Source: an uncultured Thiomicrospira sp.
GTDB taxonomy: Bacteria > Pseudomonadota > Gammaproteobacteria > CAKMZV01
NCBI GenBank assembly: GCA_965195345.1
Contig: OZ239628.1
Location: forward strand, 1,184,001 to 1,248,000
Reading direction: 5' to 3'
Length of the DNA: 64,000 nt
Shown: in pieces, positions 11,601-21,367 of the stretch
Numbering within the stretch: position 1 is the first letter of the stretch
How the letters are laid out: each line of letters opens with the position of its first letter
Notes under the pieces: generated by a model
The model's database searches: none
What the model was told of the DNA's origin: nothing
Seen by the model: only the letters and a program-made list of their open reading frames with translations
Program-made: the position numbers and the translations under genes

Positions 11601-11771
11601 ATCATTGGCGCAGTGGTAGGTGTAAATCCATTTGGAGGAAACAAACTATCTGGAACAGGTCCAAAAGCAGGAGGACCAAATTATTTAGTGCGCTTTGTTA
11701 CGGAGAAGACCCGAACTGAAAATTTAATTGCGAAAGGAGGAAATATAGAGTTATTTGGTTTGGTAGATTGA
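8700..11771 (+). CDS. putA: Bifunctional proline dehydrogenase / P5C dehydrogenase
   Basis: EGVALMCLAESLLRIPD, RLVKGAYWD, RRLLENGANSSF, ETGG, SAGQRCSAL; no N-terminal RHH domain. Confidence 0.97.
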   Translation: MSNNTLTKLRQNLRLLTHADEKKCVEYLLDQSNLKSSDRKNILKNARSLVVSCRKNKHDSDLLSTFLQEFGLSNKEGVALMCLAESLLRIPDESTANKLIEEKIATADWSSHQGNSSSTFVNATVWGLMLTGGIVKLDKKVTSNPSQWLAKVTKKTGEPIIRQAMLQAMRIMGGQYVLGRHIKEGIKRGVANNKTDTRFSFDMLGEGARTYEDAQNYYDAYRDAIEVIAENPNRETENDVYHNNGISIKLSALHPRYEYGQESKVFEELLPKVKELALLAKKHHLGLSIDAEEAERLDLSLDLFAELATDSELSDWNGLGFVLQAYQKRAVAVVEWLIELANQSQRKLMIRLVKGAYWDAEIKNAQEQGLTDYPVFTCKVNTDLSYQICAEKLLHASDRIFPQFATHNAYSVVLVMHLASLYNCSSQQFEYQRLHGMGDLLYKQFSSLHSDFKYQMRVYAPVGKHKDLLPYLVRRLLENGANSSFVNRFLDAKVPVEELILDPIELIKSSQLNRHSKIPIPVNLYRFQNDLRDNSRGIDLHCPLSIPSLMNDIKQDCYAGSITHATAQDALYALSVVSDAQKSWDDLGVENRAQLLLQAGQLLEDNTQKLISIIVSEAHRTIDDALSEVREAVDFCRYYAVQAQSMMLESTMSGPTGELNQLSLHGKGTFLCISPWNFPLAIFVGQVSAALITGNTVLAKPAEQTPCVADFAVKLFHQAGIPKEVLVFLPGEGAELANALLPDERLAGVAFTGSNDTAIRINKNLAKRTQSIATLIAETGGINCMIADSTSLIEQLVDDIIQSAFKSAGQRCSALRVLFIQNDIADKTINMLAGAMNALTIGDPAELSTDIGPVIDAQAAQKLTAYIEKMTVESKLVAQCTLTREQNAANYVAPTVFEIDRLEQLSGEVFGPVLHVIRYKNNELEQVIDSINNSGYGLTLGIHSRIESFAESIFRKTKVGNTYINRNIIGAVVGVNPFGGNKLSGTGPKAGGPNYLVRFVTEKTRTENLIAKGGNIELFGLVD

Positions 11772-12353
11772 TTATTCCAATGGCGTTCGCGCATATATTA
11801 ACAGTTTTTTTTGTACAATGGTATGACACGTTTTACATAGATTCTGACATCTGAACATTAGTGCCACATTGCTGGAGATAATAGATTGACTGCTAATTAT
11901 TTACTAAATACTCTTCTTACTCGTTACTACAATAGTGCGCAATTTTTCACAAACACAGTAGATAAACTGTTCACTTCTATTCGGCAAATGATTGAATACT
12001 ATGCCCAGTTAATGAAAAAGGCTGATTTCTTTATCTTCAGACTGTTTCATTTAAAAAAACGCATTGTTGTATGCTTTGAGCTTTCTAAAGATAAGTACAA
12101 AGCAAGGCTCAGTTTGAAATATTGTGTTGTGATTTCTTTAAATAGAATGCTTGACGAAGAAGAGATAAGAGAACAGCAAAACGCCCTCTCTTTTAATATT
12201 TACCTCAATGCTTGAAAAAGTTCTAATTTGATGAATAGTTTTGAGTCAATTTAAGAAGTCTTTTGTAGCCGTCAAAATGCGCGTGAAAATAGTGCTACTT
12301 GGGCGATATTCAAATCTGCTTCTAAAGAATTTTGATAATGGGAAAGGAAAATT

Positions 12354-13802
12354 ATGATTGATCATTTAAACACGCAATTGTTTATCAACAATGAATGGTA
12401 CACTCCAAGTAATAGTAAAAAAATAATATCCATTAACCCTTCTGATGAAAGTGTTATTGGCGAGGTTATATGTGGTGGGGCTGATGAAATTGACTTGGCG
12501 GTTGACAGTGCGCGCTTAGCATTTGAGAACGTATGGAGCAAAGCCAACCCATGGGATCGAGGACGTGTATTGATGCGTATTTCAACACTTATCCTTGAGC
12601 GCATTGATGCTTTAACTGAGTTGGAAATGTTAGAAACTGGCAAACCACGTTTATTTGCACGTTCAGCAATGCAACAAGTCGCAAGATATTTCGAATTTTA
12701 TAGTGGTGTTGCCGATAAAATTCAAGGGACAACTATTCCTGTTGGTGAAGGTTATCTTGATTTTACCTTGCGTGAAGCGGTGGGAGTAACGGCACACATC
12801 ATTCCATGGAATGTCCCGCTTAACATGTTAGCCAGAGGGGTTGCTCCTGCTTTAGCAGCAGGTTGCACAGCAGTTGTTAAACCTGCTGAATTAACGCCAA
12901 TGACATCATTGATGCTTGCCGATATTTTAAAAGATGCTGGAGTGCCAGCAGGTGTTGTAAATATTATAAATGGGTATGGTGCGGAAGCTGGAGCCGCTCT
13001 TGCCGCACACCCTGGAATTGACGCCCTTATTTTCACTGGATCGGTTGCAACCGGTAGCGCTATTATGAAAGCTTGCGCAGAACATATAACTCCTCTCGTG
13101 CTTGAATTGGGTGGCAAATCACCGCTATTGGTATTTGACGATGCAGATCCAAAAGTTATTGCTGAAGAAGCTATAAAAGGCATCTATTCTAATACTGGTC
13201 AATACTGTGATGCCGGATCAAGATTATTGGTTTCAAAAAAGATACACGACAATGTTGTTGAATGCTTGTTTGAAAAAACAAAAAAAATAACAACGGGTTT
13301 GCCAGAAGACAGCGTTGATATGGGACCCTTGATATCTGCTTCTCAGCATGCAAAAGTTTTTGATTTTATAAAATCTGGGATTGCCGAAGGTGCTGAGCTT
13401 GTTCATGGTGGCAAACGTCCTGAGCATCTGAATAAAGGATATTTTATAGAACCGACTATCTTTACTAATGTTAATCAACAGGCGAGCATTGCACAAGAAG
13501 AGATATTTGGGCCTGTATTGGCGGTGTTCGATTTCGATGATGAGGAGCAGGCTTTAACTATGGCTAATGACACTAAATTTGGTTTGGCTGCTGGAGTTTT
13601 TACTAAAGACATTGATCGTGCTTTGCGACTATCAAAAAAAATACAAGCAGGCACTATTTATGTTAATGAATATTTTTCTGGTGAAATGGCCTCTCCTTTT
13701 GGAGGGATGAAAAAAAGCGGAATAGGACGAGAGCGCGGGCTTGAAACATTGGCTAATTACACACAAGTGAAAAATGTTATCATCCGTGTATCGAACGATT
13801 GA
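12354..13802 (+). CDS. NAD(P)-dependent aldehyde dehydrogenase
   Basis: PWN, FTGS, LELGGKSP, GQYC, EEIFGP motifs. Confidence 0.93.
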   Translation: MIDHLNTQLFINNEWYTPSNSKKIISINPSDESVIGEVICGGADEIDLAVDSARLAFENVWSKANPWDRGRVLMRISTLILERIDALTELEMLETGKPRLFARSAMQQVARYFEFYSGVADKIQGTTIPVGEGYLDFTLREAVGVTAHIIPWNVPLNMLARGVAPALAAGCTAVVKPAELTPMTSLMLADILKDAGVPAGVVNIINGYGAEAGAALAAHPGIDALIFTGSVATGSAIMKACAEHITPLVLELGGKSPLLVFDDADPKVIAEEAIKGIYSNTGQYCDAGSRLLVSKKIHDNVVECLFEKTKKITTGLPEDSVDMGPLISASQHAKVFDFIKSGIAEGAELVHGGKRPEHLNKGYFIEPTIFTNVNQQASIAQEEIFGPVLAVFDFDDEEQALTMANDTKFGLAAGVFTKDIDRALRLSKKIQAGTIYVNEYFSGEMASPFGGMKKSGIGRERGLETLANYTQVKNVIIRVSND

Positions 13803-13818
13803 ATAAACTTGCCATCCA

Positions 13819-14745
13819 ATGAAAAAAATATTAGTCAGCGTTGGTATTCTTCAAAATGATGCTCAATACTTAATTGCTCTTAGGCAAGATGGTAAAGAGT
13901 TATCGGGTTATTGGGAGTTTCCCGGAGGGAAACAAGAGGCGGGTGAATCCCCTTTAGATGCGCTTACACGAGAGTTGAAAGAAGAGATTAATATCATCGT
14001 TGAGCATGCTACGCTTTTCAAAGAGTTCAGTTGGGTTTACAACGATAAAGAAATACACCTGACATTTTTTCATGTGCATTCCTACAAAGGGCAGCCACAT
14101 GCTAATGAAAGTCAAAAAATCAAATGGGTCTATCCTGAAGAATTGCGTACTTATAAATTTCCTGAAGCCAATAGATACGCTATAAACCTATTAACTTTGC
14201 CTAATAGTATCGTCATCACTCCTGATTGCAATGAGATGAACACCTGGATGCAAAGAGTAAAAATGCACCTTGCCAATCAAAATACTATATTACGACTGAG
14301 GTTTTCTAATCGTCTTGCCCCCACAAGTCAGCAATTATCAGAAATTGTTGAGTTAAGTGCTCAAAGTAAAAGTTATGTGATGTTCGATCCCAATGATTTT
14401 GAATACATCATCCCTACTCCCTATACAGGAATTCATTTGAATCGCCATCAAACAATGCGTTTCATGCGATCAGACAATCATGAATTGATTTTGGGAGCAT
14501 CCGTGCATAATGAAGACGAACTAGAGAAAGCGTTGAGATTAGGCGTTGACTATGTCATGATATCACCCGTACTTCCCACGCAGACACACCCTGACGCTGA
14601 AGGAATTGGGTGGCAAAGGTTTTCAAATATTATTGGTAATACTAAAATACTGTGTTATGCGCTTGGAGGAATGACGCCGTCCATGATGGAAATTGCTCAA
14701 GACAACAACGCTCACGGCATTGCTGGATTGAGAGGTTTTTGGTAA
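13819..14745 (+). CDS. mutT: Nudix (MutT) hydrolase fused to thiamine-phosphate-synthase-like domain
   Basis: Nudix box WEFPGGKQEAGES..ALTRELKEE; C-terminal GASVH, SPVLPTQTHP, ALGGM. Confidence 0.88.
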   Translation: MKKILVSVGILQNDAQYLIALRQDGKELSGYWEFPGGKQEAGESPLDALTRELKEEINIIVEHATLFKEFSWVYNDKEIHLTFFHVHSYKGQPHANESQKIKWVYPEELRTYKFPEANRYAINLLTLPNSIVITPDCNEMNTWMQRVKMHLANQNTILRLRFSNRLAPTSQQLSEIVELSAQSKSYVMFDPNDFEYIIPTPYTGIHLNRHQTMRFMRSDNHELILGASVHNEDELEKALRLGVDYVMISPVLPTQTHPDAEGIGWQRFSNIIGNTKILCYALGGMTPSMMEIAQDNNAHGIAGLRGFW

Positions 14746-14777
14746 ACTATTTTGGCGCGCTGTATTAGTAAGTAGTA

Positions 14778-15047
14778 CTAACAGTTTCTGTTTTCTATGA
14801 CCAAATTGTTATTTTGAGCAAAACGGATAATATGCTGGTACAGACCAGGGCTTTCACTGTCTAATTTATCACACACGAAAAGACATTTTTTTCCATCAAC
14901 CACCTCTGGGTGCATGTGAGGGGAAAATACGAGTCGATTTAGTTTATAGTTTGCTCCAAGCGAAGCCATACGATCAATCCAGTCACTTGGTCTGAATGTT
15001 TTTCCCTCAGTGGTTTCGCTACGGATGATATAAGCGTTACTCATCAC
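14778..15047 (-). CDS. DUF3579 family protein
   Basis: GKTFRPSDWIDR and FAQNNNL match the family as I know it. Confidence 0.75.
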   Translation of the reverse strand: MMSNAYIIRSETTEGKTFRPSDWIDRMASLGANYKLNRLVFSPHMHPEVVDGKKCLFVCDKLDSESPGLYQHIIRFAQNNNLVIENRNC

Positions 15048-15324
15048 CTTTGTTAAGTTGTGCGAGCATTCTTTTACTAAAACGAAAATGTGGAATACTA
15101 CGAGAGTTCAACACGAGTTTTTCGCCCGTCTTAGGATTTGTCGCGGAGCGACTCTCGTAATTTCTGAGGCTGAATGTTCCAAACCCACGAATTTCAATCC
15201 TATCACCTGCAACTAAAGCATCTGAAAGGGAATCTATCATAACTTTAACAGCCTCCTCTACATCTTTTTCAAATAATAAAGGAACTTGATGGGCTATGCG
15301 TTTTGCCAAATCAACTCGTATCAT
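15037..15324 (-). CDS. ihfB: Integration host factor beta subunit
   Basis: GDRIEIRGFGTF, NPKTGE; directly downstream of rpsA. Confidence 0.93.
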   Translation of the reverse strand: MIRVDLAKRIAHQVPLLFEKDVEEAVKVMIDSLSDALVAGDRIEIRGFGTFSLRNYESRSATNPKTGEKLVLNSRSIPHFRFSKRMLAQLNKGDE

Positions 15325-15330
15325 GTGTTT

Positions 15331-16989
15331 CTATTTTTCGAGATTATCGAAAAGTGCCCCTAATGTATTATTCATTTGGCTTCCGTCTTTACTACTCGAC
15401 TTCTTATAGTCTTTAACCGCTTGTTTTTCTTCCATATCGGCTACGCTCTTCATAGATAAGAAAATCTTACGGTTTTTACGATCAACACTGGTTATAGCAA
15501 CTCGCATCGTATCTCCAACTGCCGCTTCACCTATAAGTTCTGATTTTCTTAAAACCCCAAAAACGCCACTACTTAATGTGACAGAATAACCTTTGTCTAT
15601 TTCTTCTGTGATTACGCCTTCAACGATTGCGCCCTTTCCATTATTGCTTACGAATTCCATAAATGAGTCTTTCATCAATTGCTTGACACCCAATGAAATG
15701 CGCTCACGATCAACATCAATGCTCAAAATCATGGCTTCAATCTCAGAGCCTTTCTGGAATTCACGTAATGTATTCTCTTCGCTTTCTTCCCAAGATAAGT
15801 CGGTCAAATGGACAAGTCCATCAATGCCATTTTCCAACCCAATGAACAAACCAAAATCAGTAATGGAACGGATTTGACCAGAGACGATATCTCCACGCTT
15901 ATAATTGTCTGTGAAAGTTACCCATGGATTTTCACTGCATTGCTTTATGGATAAAGAAATGCGTCTTCTTTCAACATCAACTTCGAGAACTTTAACAGCG
16001 ACTTCTTGACCAACGCTAAGCACTTTATTCGGATGAATATTGCGGTTAGTCCAATCTAACTCAGAAGTATGCACTAATCCATCAACAGCTTCTTCAAGGG
16101 CGACAAACGCACCATAATCGGTAATATTAACTACTTTTGCTAATGGAATAATCATTCCTGAAGGATATTTTTCATGAATACTTTGCCACGGATCTTCGGT
16201 TAGCTGTTTCATTCCAAGTGACACACGATACCGTTCAAGATCAAATTTTAAAACCTTAACTTCAATAACGTCACCGATGGATAAAATCTCTGAAGGATGG
16301 TTCACACGTTTCCATGCCATGTCTGTAATATGTAGTAAGCCATCTGTACCGCCCATATCAACGAAAGCACCATAATCGGTTAAATTCTTCACTGTCCCTT
16401 CTAAAACATCGCCTTCTGCCAGATTGCTTAGCAATGCTTGGCGCTCAGCACGATTTTCTTCTTCAATGACTGCGCGTCTTGAGACAACAAGATTGTTCCT
16501 TTCCGCATCAAGTTTTACTATTTTAACTTGAATTTGTTCGCCTTCAAAAACGCCCATATCGGGTATTTGGCGGACATCAATAAGAGAGCGTGGTAAAAAT
16601 GCTCTTACTTTTCCAATATCAAGGCTGAGACCACCTTTCACACGAGTAGTAACTAAACCTGTTACTATTTCTTGGTCTTCCATTGCTTTTTCTAAGCGAT
16701 TCCATGTCGCAATGCGTTGTGCTTTTTCGCGAGAAAGTCGAGTCTCCCCAGACATGTCAACCACTGTCTCTACTAAAACTTCCACATCGTCGCCAATTTT
16801 TATTTCAGGATCGCCACTTATATCTCTAAATTGGGAAATAGGTATGTACGCTTCGGATTTCATCCCAGCGTCAAGAACAGCCTCATCTCCTCTGAATCCT
16901 ATTATTCTTGCTGTTATTATTGCGCCTTGGCTAAATTTCTCTGGCGTATAGGATGCCTCAAACATTTCGGCAAAACTTTGTTCACTCAT
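15331..16989 (-). CDS. rpsA: 30S ribosomal protein S1
   Basis: Six S1 repeats; VKNLTDYGAFVD..DGLLHITDMAWKRV. Confidence 0.98.
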   Translation of the reverse strand: MSEQSFAEMFEASYTPEKFSQGAIITARIIGFRGDEAVLDAGMKSEAYIPISQFRDISGDPEIKIGDDVEVLVETVVDMSGETRLSREKAQRIATWNRLEKAMEDQEIVTGLVTTRVKGGLSLDIGKVRAFLPRSLIDVRQIPDMGVFEGEQIQVKIVKLDAERNNLVVSRRAVIEEENRAERQALLSNLAEGDVLEGTVKNLTDYGAFVDMGGTDGLLHITDMAWKRVNHPSEILSIGDVIEVKVLKFDLERYRVSLGMKQLTEDPWQSIHEKYPSGMIIPLAKVVNITDYGAFVALEEAVDGLVHTSELDWTNRNIHPNKVLSVGQEVAVKVLEVDVERRRISLSIKQCSENPWVTFTDNYKRGDIVSGQIRSITDFGLFIGLENGIDGLVHLTDLSWEESEENTLREFQKGSEIEAMILSIDVDRERISLGVKQLMKDSFMEFVSNNGKGAIVEGVITEEIDKGYSVTLSSGVFGVLRKSELIGEAAVGDTMRVAITSVDRKNRKIFLSMKSVADMEEKQAVKDYKKSSSKDGSQMNNTLGALFDNLEK

Positions 16990-17105
16990 GTGGTTTCCTG
17001 AAAGAATTTATATCTAAGTGAGCTGCAGGTGGCAAACTTGATATAAATGGTAGAAGTTTAATTAAAATTCTTAATCCTGCTTTTAAGACGTTCTTAAGGC
17101 GGGGA

Positions 17106-17135
17106 ATTATACACAATATCAATTAGATAGTGCAA
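17106..17135 (-). promoter_or_regulatory. Candidate sigma70 promoter of rpsA
   Basis: Minus strand TTGCAC-18 nt-TATAAT, followed by a leader hairpin CCCCGCCTTAAGA/TCTTAAAAGCAGG (17075-17104). Confidence 0.55.
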
Positions 17136-17257
17136 ACAAGTACTGTCAATTTAATCGTTTAAAGTTGATTTTTTTAAATAATTGGTGTTTTAAAGTTAGT
17201 AAAACCCAAATTACTATCGTTAAGCTGCTTTATCAGACTATCTCAACTATAGAATAC

Positions 17258-18502
17258 TTACTTATCTAACTCAAAGGCCTTGTGCAAGCAGCGTACTGCG
17301 TGATCAAGTTGAGATTGTTCAATTATTACGGATATTTTTATTTCGGAAGTGGAAATTGATAGAATATTGATGCCTTCTTCTGCTAAAGCACCAAACATAC
17401 TACTTGCAACACCTGCATGCGAACGCATTCCCACTCCAACAATAGAAAGTTTTGCAATGTTATCATCACCAATGACGTCATTTGCCCCTAATTCTTGCGC
17501 TTTTCTTTTCGTTATCCGCATGGCATCTTTAAAGTCTTGCTTGGTAACGGTAAACGTAAAATCAGTCAGTTTATTATCAGGCGATATGTTTTGTACAATC
17601 ATATCTACCTCAATATTTTCGCTAGCGATTTTTCCAAGAATGTCATAGGCAATGCCCGGCTTATCAGGCACTCCAAGGATGGTGATTTTAGCCTCATCAC
17701 GATTAAAGGCAATTCCAGAAATAAGTGGCTGTTCCATGATGTTATCTTCTCCAATATCTGCTCTTATGAGCGTTCCACCAAGATTGTCAAGTTTTACTTC
17801 TTCGTTCATAGAAGACAATACTCGGATTGGAATGTTATTTTTAAAAGCGAACTCAACCGATCGAATTTGCAATACTTTAGAGCCCAAACTCGCCATTTCG
17901 AGCATCTCTTCAAAAGTAATTACTTCCATAGGTCTAGCGTTCGTTTCAACTCTTGGGTCTGTTGTGTAAACACCGTCTACATCGGTATATATTTGGCACT
18001 CATCCGCATTTAGCGCAGCGGCTATGGCAACGGCACTCGTATCTGAGCCTCCACGTCCTAACGTGGTAATATTTTCAAAATCATCAATGCCTTGAAATCC
18101 AGCCACGACAACGACTCTTCCGTCATCCAAACTTTTAAATATACGGTGCGGTTCAATGCCTGTTATTCGTGCTTTAGTGTGTGCGCTATCAGTATGAATA
18201 CCTGCTTGCCAACCTGTATAAGAAACAGCGGGTTGCCCTAATTCTTGCAAAGCCAAACATAAAAGCCCCATGCTAATTTGTTCTCCAGCCGACAGGATAA
18301 CATCCATTTCTCTTTTTGGAGGGGCATGGTTTAAAGAAGTGGATATGTCAACTAAACGATTGGTTTCGCCAGACATGGCAGAGACTACCGTCACCACTTT
18401 GTGACCGGCATCACTCCACTTCTTGATTCTCTCAGCTACCTTTTTTATTCGTTCAGCACTTCCTACAGAAGTGCCACCGTATTTTTGTACGATTAATGCC
18501 AT
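17258..18502 (-). CDS. lysC: Aspartate kinase
   Basis: MALIVQKYGGTSVG, LGRGGSDTSA, two ACT domains; start set at ATG 18502. Confidence 0.96.
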   Translation of the reverse strand: MALIVQKYGGTSVGSAERIKKVAERIKKWSDAGHKVVTVVSAMSGETNRLVDISTSLNHAPPKREMDVILSAGEQISMGLLCLALQELGQPAVSYTGWQAGIHTDSAHTKARITGIEPHRIFKSLDDGRVVVVAGFQGIDDFENITTLGRGGSDTSAVAIAAALNADECQIYTDVDGVYTTDPRVETNARPMEVITFEEMLEMASLGSKVLQIRSVEFAFKNNIPIRVLSSMNEEVKLDNLGGTLIRADIGEDNIMEQPLISGIAFNRDEAKITILGVPDKPGIAYDILGKIASENIEVDMIVQNISPDNKLTDFTFTVTKQDFKDAMRITKRKAQELGANDVIGDDNIAKLSIVGVGMRSHAGVASSMFGALAEEGINILSISTSEIKISVIIEQSQLDHAVRCLHKAFELDK

Positions 18503-18590
18503 TTTTTGAAATTGAGATGATTTTTTTGTCATCGAATATGTATAAGATGACGTCGAACTTTAAGGACACGTATAATACCATAAATTCCCT

Positions 18591-19298
18591 GTGAACTCCA
18601 AAGCTATCGCCCTCCCTTTTCAACAAAATATGACTTTTCGTTTGCCACTAACAAAAACAAAAACAATTAGAGCATGGCTGAAAATGTTGTTCTTAGATGA
18701 TGGTTATGTTCGTCTGTTTTATAACAATTTTTTCAAAGTCAATGATGAAATGTTTCGCTCAAACCACCCTCTCCCCATTCACTTTAGACGTATTCGGCGT
18801 AATAACATAAAAACCATTATCAATTTGCGTGGTGATAGCACAGATTCGGCTTCTACTGCGTTAGAGAGAGTGTTTTGTGAAAAGCATGCAGTAAAGATGG
18901 TATTCATAGCTATTTCATCAAGACGTGCTCCAGTGTTTGAGGAAATCAATAAGATTAAAAAAATGTTTGATGAAAGTGAAAAGCCATTCCTCGTACATTG
19001 TAAATCAGGAGCTGATAGAGCAGGATTGGTGGTAACGCTTTACAATTTAATTTATTATCCTAAGATGAGTGTAGATGATGCTAATCAGTTGCGTTGGTAT
19101 TATGGGCACTTTACAGTGGCAGAAACTGGGGTGCTTGATGTTTTTGTTGATGAGTGGAAAAGTTATCGCGCCGCCCACCCTGACACTCTTTTTTTAGATT
19201 GGGTAGAGAATGTTTACGATCCTGAAGAAACGGCTCGCTCTTTTCAAGCAAATCGCTGGTTTTCTTGGTTTGTCAATCGGGTTTTGAAAAGAGAATGA
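18591..19298 (+). CDS. Protein tyrosine/dual-specificity phosphatase family protein
   Basis: HCKSGADR (CX5R) active site, IINLRG. Confidence 0.85.
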   Translation: MNSKAIALPFQQNMTFRLPLTKTKTIRAWLKMLFLDDGYVRLFYNNFFKVNDEMFRSNHPLPIHFRRIRRNNIKTIINLRGDSTDSASTALERVFCEKHAVKMVFIAISSRRAPVFEEINKIKKMFDESEKPFLVHCKSGADRAGLVVTLYNLIYYPKMSVDDANQLRWYYGHFTVAETGVLDVFVDEWKSYRAAHPDTLFLDWVENVYDPEETARSFQANRWFSWFVNRVLKRE

Positions 19299-21241
19299 AT
19301 TCTTCAAAACTGGATGATTTCCTTAATCAACCTAACAATAAATTACTAGACAAACTCAACCCTGAGCAAGCGCGTGCTGTATGTTTGGAAGGGAATGAAC
19401 ATGCTCTCATAGTTGCCGGTGCAGGCAGTGGTAAGACACGCGTATTAGTGCATAGGATAGGCTGGCTGATTCAACAATTAAAAAATCCTCCTGCATCGAT
19501 TGTTGCTGTTACTTTTACTAATAAAGCTGCAGGTGAAATGCGACATCGTTCTGAAGCCCTACTCAATCAATCGAGTCCGCATATGTGGACGGGAACATTT
19601 CACTCACTTAGCTTAAGGTTCTTGCGCCAACATGCCCAAGAGTGTGGGCTTAATCCCAATTTTCAAATAATCGATAGCGACGATCAAATACGGCTTTGTC
19701 GCCAAATTATTAGAGACATGGCAATTGATGAGAAACATTTTTTACCAAAGCAAGCAGCACACTTTATTTCATCACATAAAGATCAAGGTCAACGCGTTTC
19801 GTCAATAACAAGCGAAAACGAATGGCAAGAAACGATGAAAAAGGTATACGAAAGATACGACGTAATTTGCGATAGAGATGGCTTGGTTGACTTTGGTGAA
19901 TTATTGCTACGTACCGTTGAAGTTTGGCGTGATTATTCGGAAATATTGAAACTTTATCAAAAACGTTTTCAACATATATTGGTTGACGAATTTCAAGATA
20001 CCAACTCAACGCAATATGCTTGGATAAGATTGTTAGCTGGCGATAGCGGGTGCGTATTTGCCGTAGGTGATGATGATCAGTCTATTTATGGTTGGCGAGG
20101 TGCAAAAGTAGAGAACATTCAAAGATTCCAAGACGATTTTTCTTCGACAAAACCTGTTCAAATAATACGCCTTGAACAAAACTATCGATCAACACAGCAT
20201 ATATTAGAAGCTGCTAATGCAGTAATTAGCAAGAATACCCAACGGTTAGAGAAAAATTTATGGACTAATAGCAAGGGCGGACAGCGCATAGGCATATATC
20301 GCGCAATCAATGGACTTGATGAAGCTGAGTTTGTCTGTGACGCGATAAATGATTGGAGTGAGGATGGAAGGGATTTTCAAGATTGTGCCGTCCTGTATCG
20401 ATCTAATGCACAATCAAGGGTTATTGAGCAGTTTTTGCTAAAAAACAAAATCCCATATCAAGTTTATGGAGGGTTACGGTTTTTTGAACGCGCTGAAGTT
20501 AAAGACGTATTAGCCTATGCAGCTTTAATATCAAATCCAGATAACAATACCGCTTTTATGCGCATTATCAATACTCCACCTCGTGGCATTGGTGCTAAAG
20601 CCATCCAAACTTTGGCAGCGTATGCTAATGAACATGATTTTTCAATGTGGCAGGCTGCTAAGGATCTTGCCAGTAATCACTCTAAAGTTGCCGCTTTTTT
20701 AAATTTAATGGATGAATGGCGTGCATTAAATGAAGATTTACAGCTTAGCGAGCTAATCGAGCATATTGTGAAAGCAAGTGGATTGGTTGAGCATTATGAA
20801 AAAGAAGGAAGTGAGCGCGCATTAACACGCAAAGAAAACCTTGATGAATTAATTGCTGCTGCGCATGAATACCAAGGTGGCAATTTGAGTGACTTCCTTG
20901 CAAACACCGCACTTGACAGCGGTGAAACAGAAGAATACAACGAAACGGATAAAGTACAGTTGATGACTTTGCATGCTGCCAAAGGTTTAGAATTTCCTTT
21001 AGTATTTATGATTGGAGTTGAAGACGGCATCCTACCTACTTCACGAAGTTTGAACGACACACTTAAATTAGCAGAAGAGCGTAGATTAACTTATGTGGGT
21101 ATAACCAGAGCAAAAGAGAAGTTGTATATATTATTTGCCTATTCCAGACAGTTGTATGGCAATCAATTCGTTTCTTTTCCACCTTCTAGATTCTTAAGCG
21201 ACTTGCCTGAGAATGCTTTGGATTTGATTAAATACGATTAG
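19295..21241 (+). CDS. uvrD: UvrD/PcrA SF1 DNA helicase
   Basis: AGAGSGKT, VDEFQDTN, GDDDQSIYGWRGA, TLHAAKGLEF; ATGA overlap with upstream stop. Confidence 0.95.
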   Translation: MNSSKLDDFLNQPNNKLLDKLNPEQARAVCLEGNEHALIVAGAGSGKTRVLVHRIGWLIQQLKNPPASIVAVTFTNKAAGEMRHRSEALLNQSSPHMWTGTFHSLSLRFLRQHAQECGLNPNFQIIDSDDQIRLCRQIIRDMAIDEKHFLPKQAAHFISSHKDQGQRVSSITSENEWQETMKKVYERYDVICDRDGLVDFGELLLRTVEVWRDYSEILKLYQKRFQHILVDEFQDTNSTQYAWIRLLAGDSGCVFAVGDDDQSIYGWRGAKVENIQRFQDDFSSTKPVQIIRLEQNYRSTQHILEAANAVISKNTQRLEKNLWTNSKGGQRIGIYRAINGLDEAEFVCDAINDWSEDGRDFQDCAVLYRSNAQSRVIEQFLLKNKIPYQVYGGLRFFERAEVKDVLAYAALISNPDNNTAFMRIINTPPRGIGAKAIQTLAAYANEHDFSMWQAAKDLASNHSKVAAFLNLMDEWRALNEDLQLSELIEHIVKASGLVEHYEKEGSERALTRKENLDELIAAAHEYQGGNLSDFLANTALDSGETEEYNETDKVQLMTLHAAKGLEFPLVFMIGVEDGILPTSRSLNDTLKLAEERRLTYVGITRAKEKLYILFAYSRQLYGNQFVSFPPSRFLSDLPENALDLIKYD

Positions 21242-21367
21242 TTCAATCTAACAATACTCAGTTTGACAGATCTTTGAAAGTAAAAAAGAAAACAGAGTTA
21301 AATTTTGCATTTTTAATGTTATTTCTTATGTTCGTCTATAATGATAATTTTTTAATTTCTTGCTTCA

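Noticed and set aside
11886-12215. 109-aa ORF between putA and the aldehyde dehydrogenase
   Set aside because: TTG start, no RBS or recognisable motif in AT-rich DNA; cannot be supported
13819-14745. MutT-ThiE fusion as a novelty
   Set aside because: Well-known fusion in Proteobacteria
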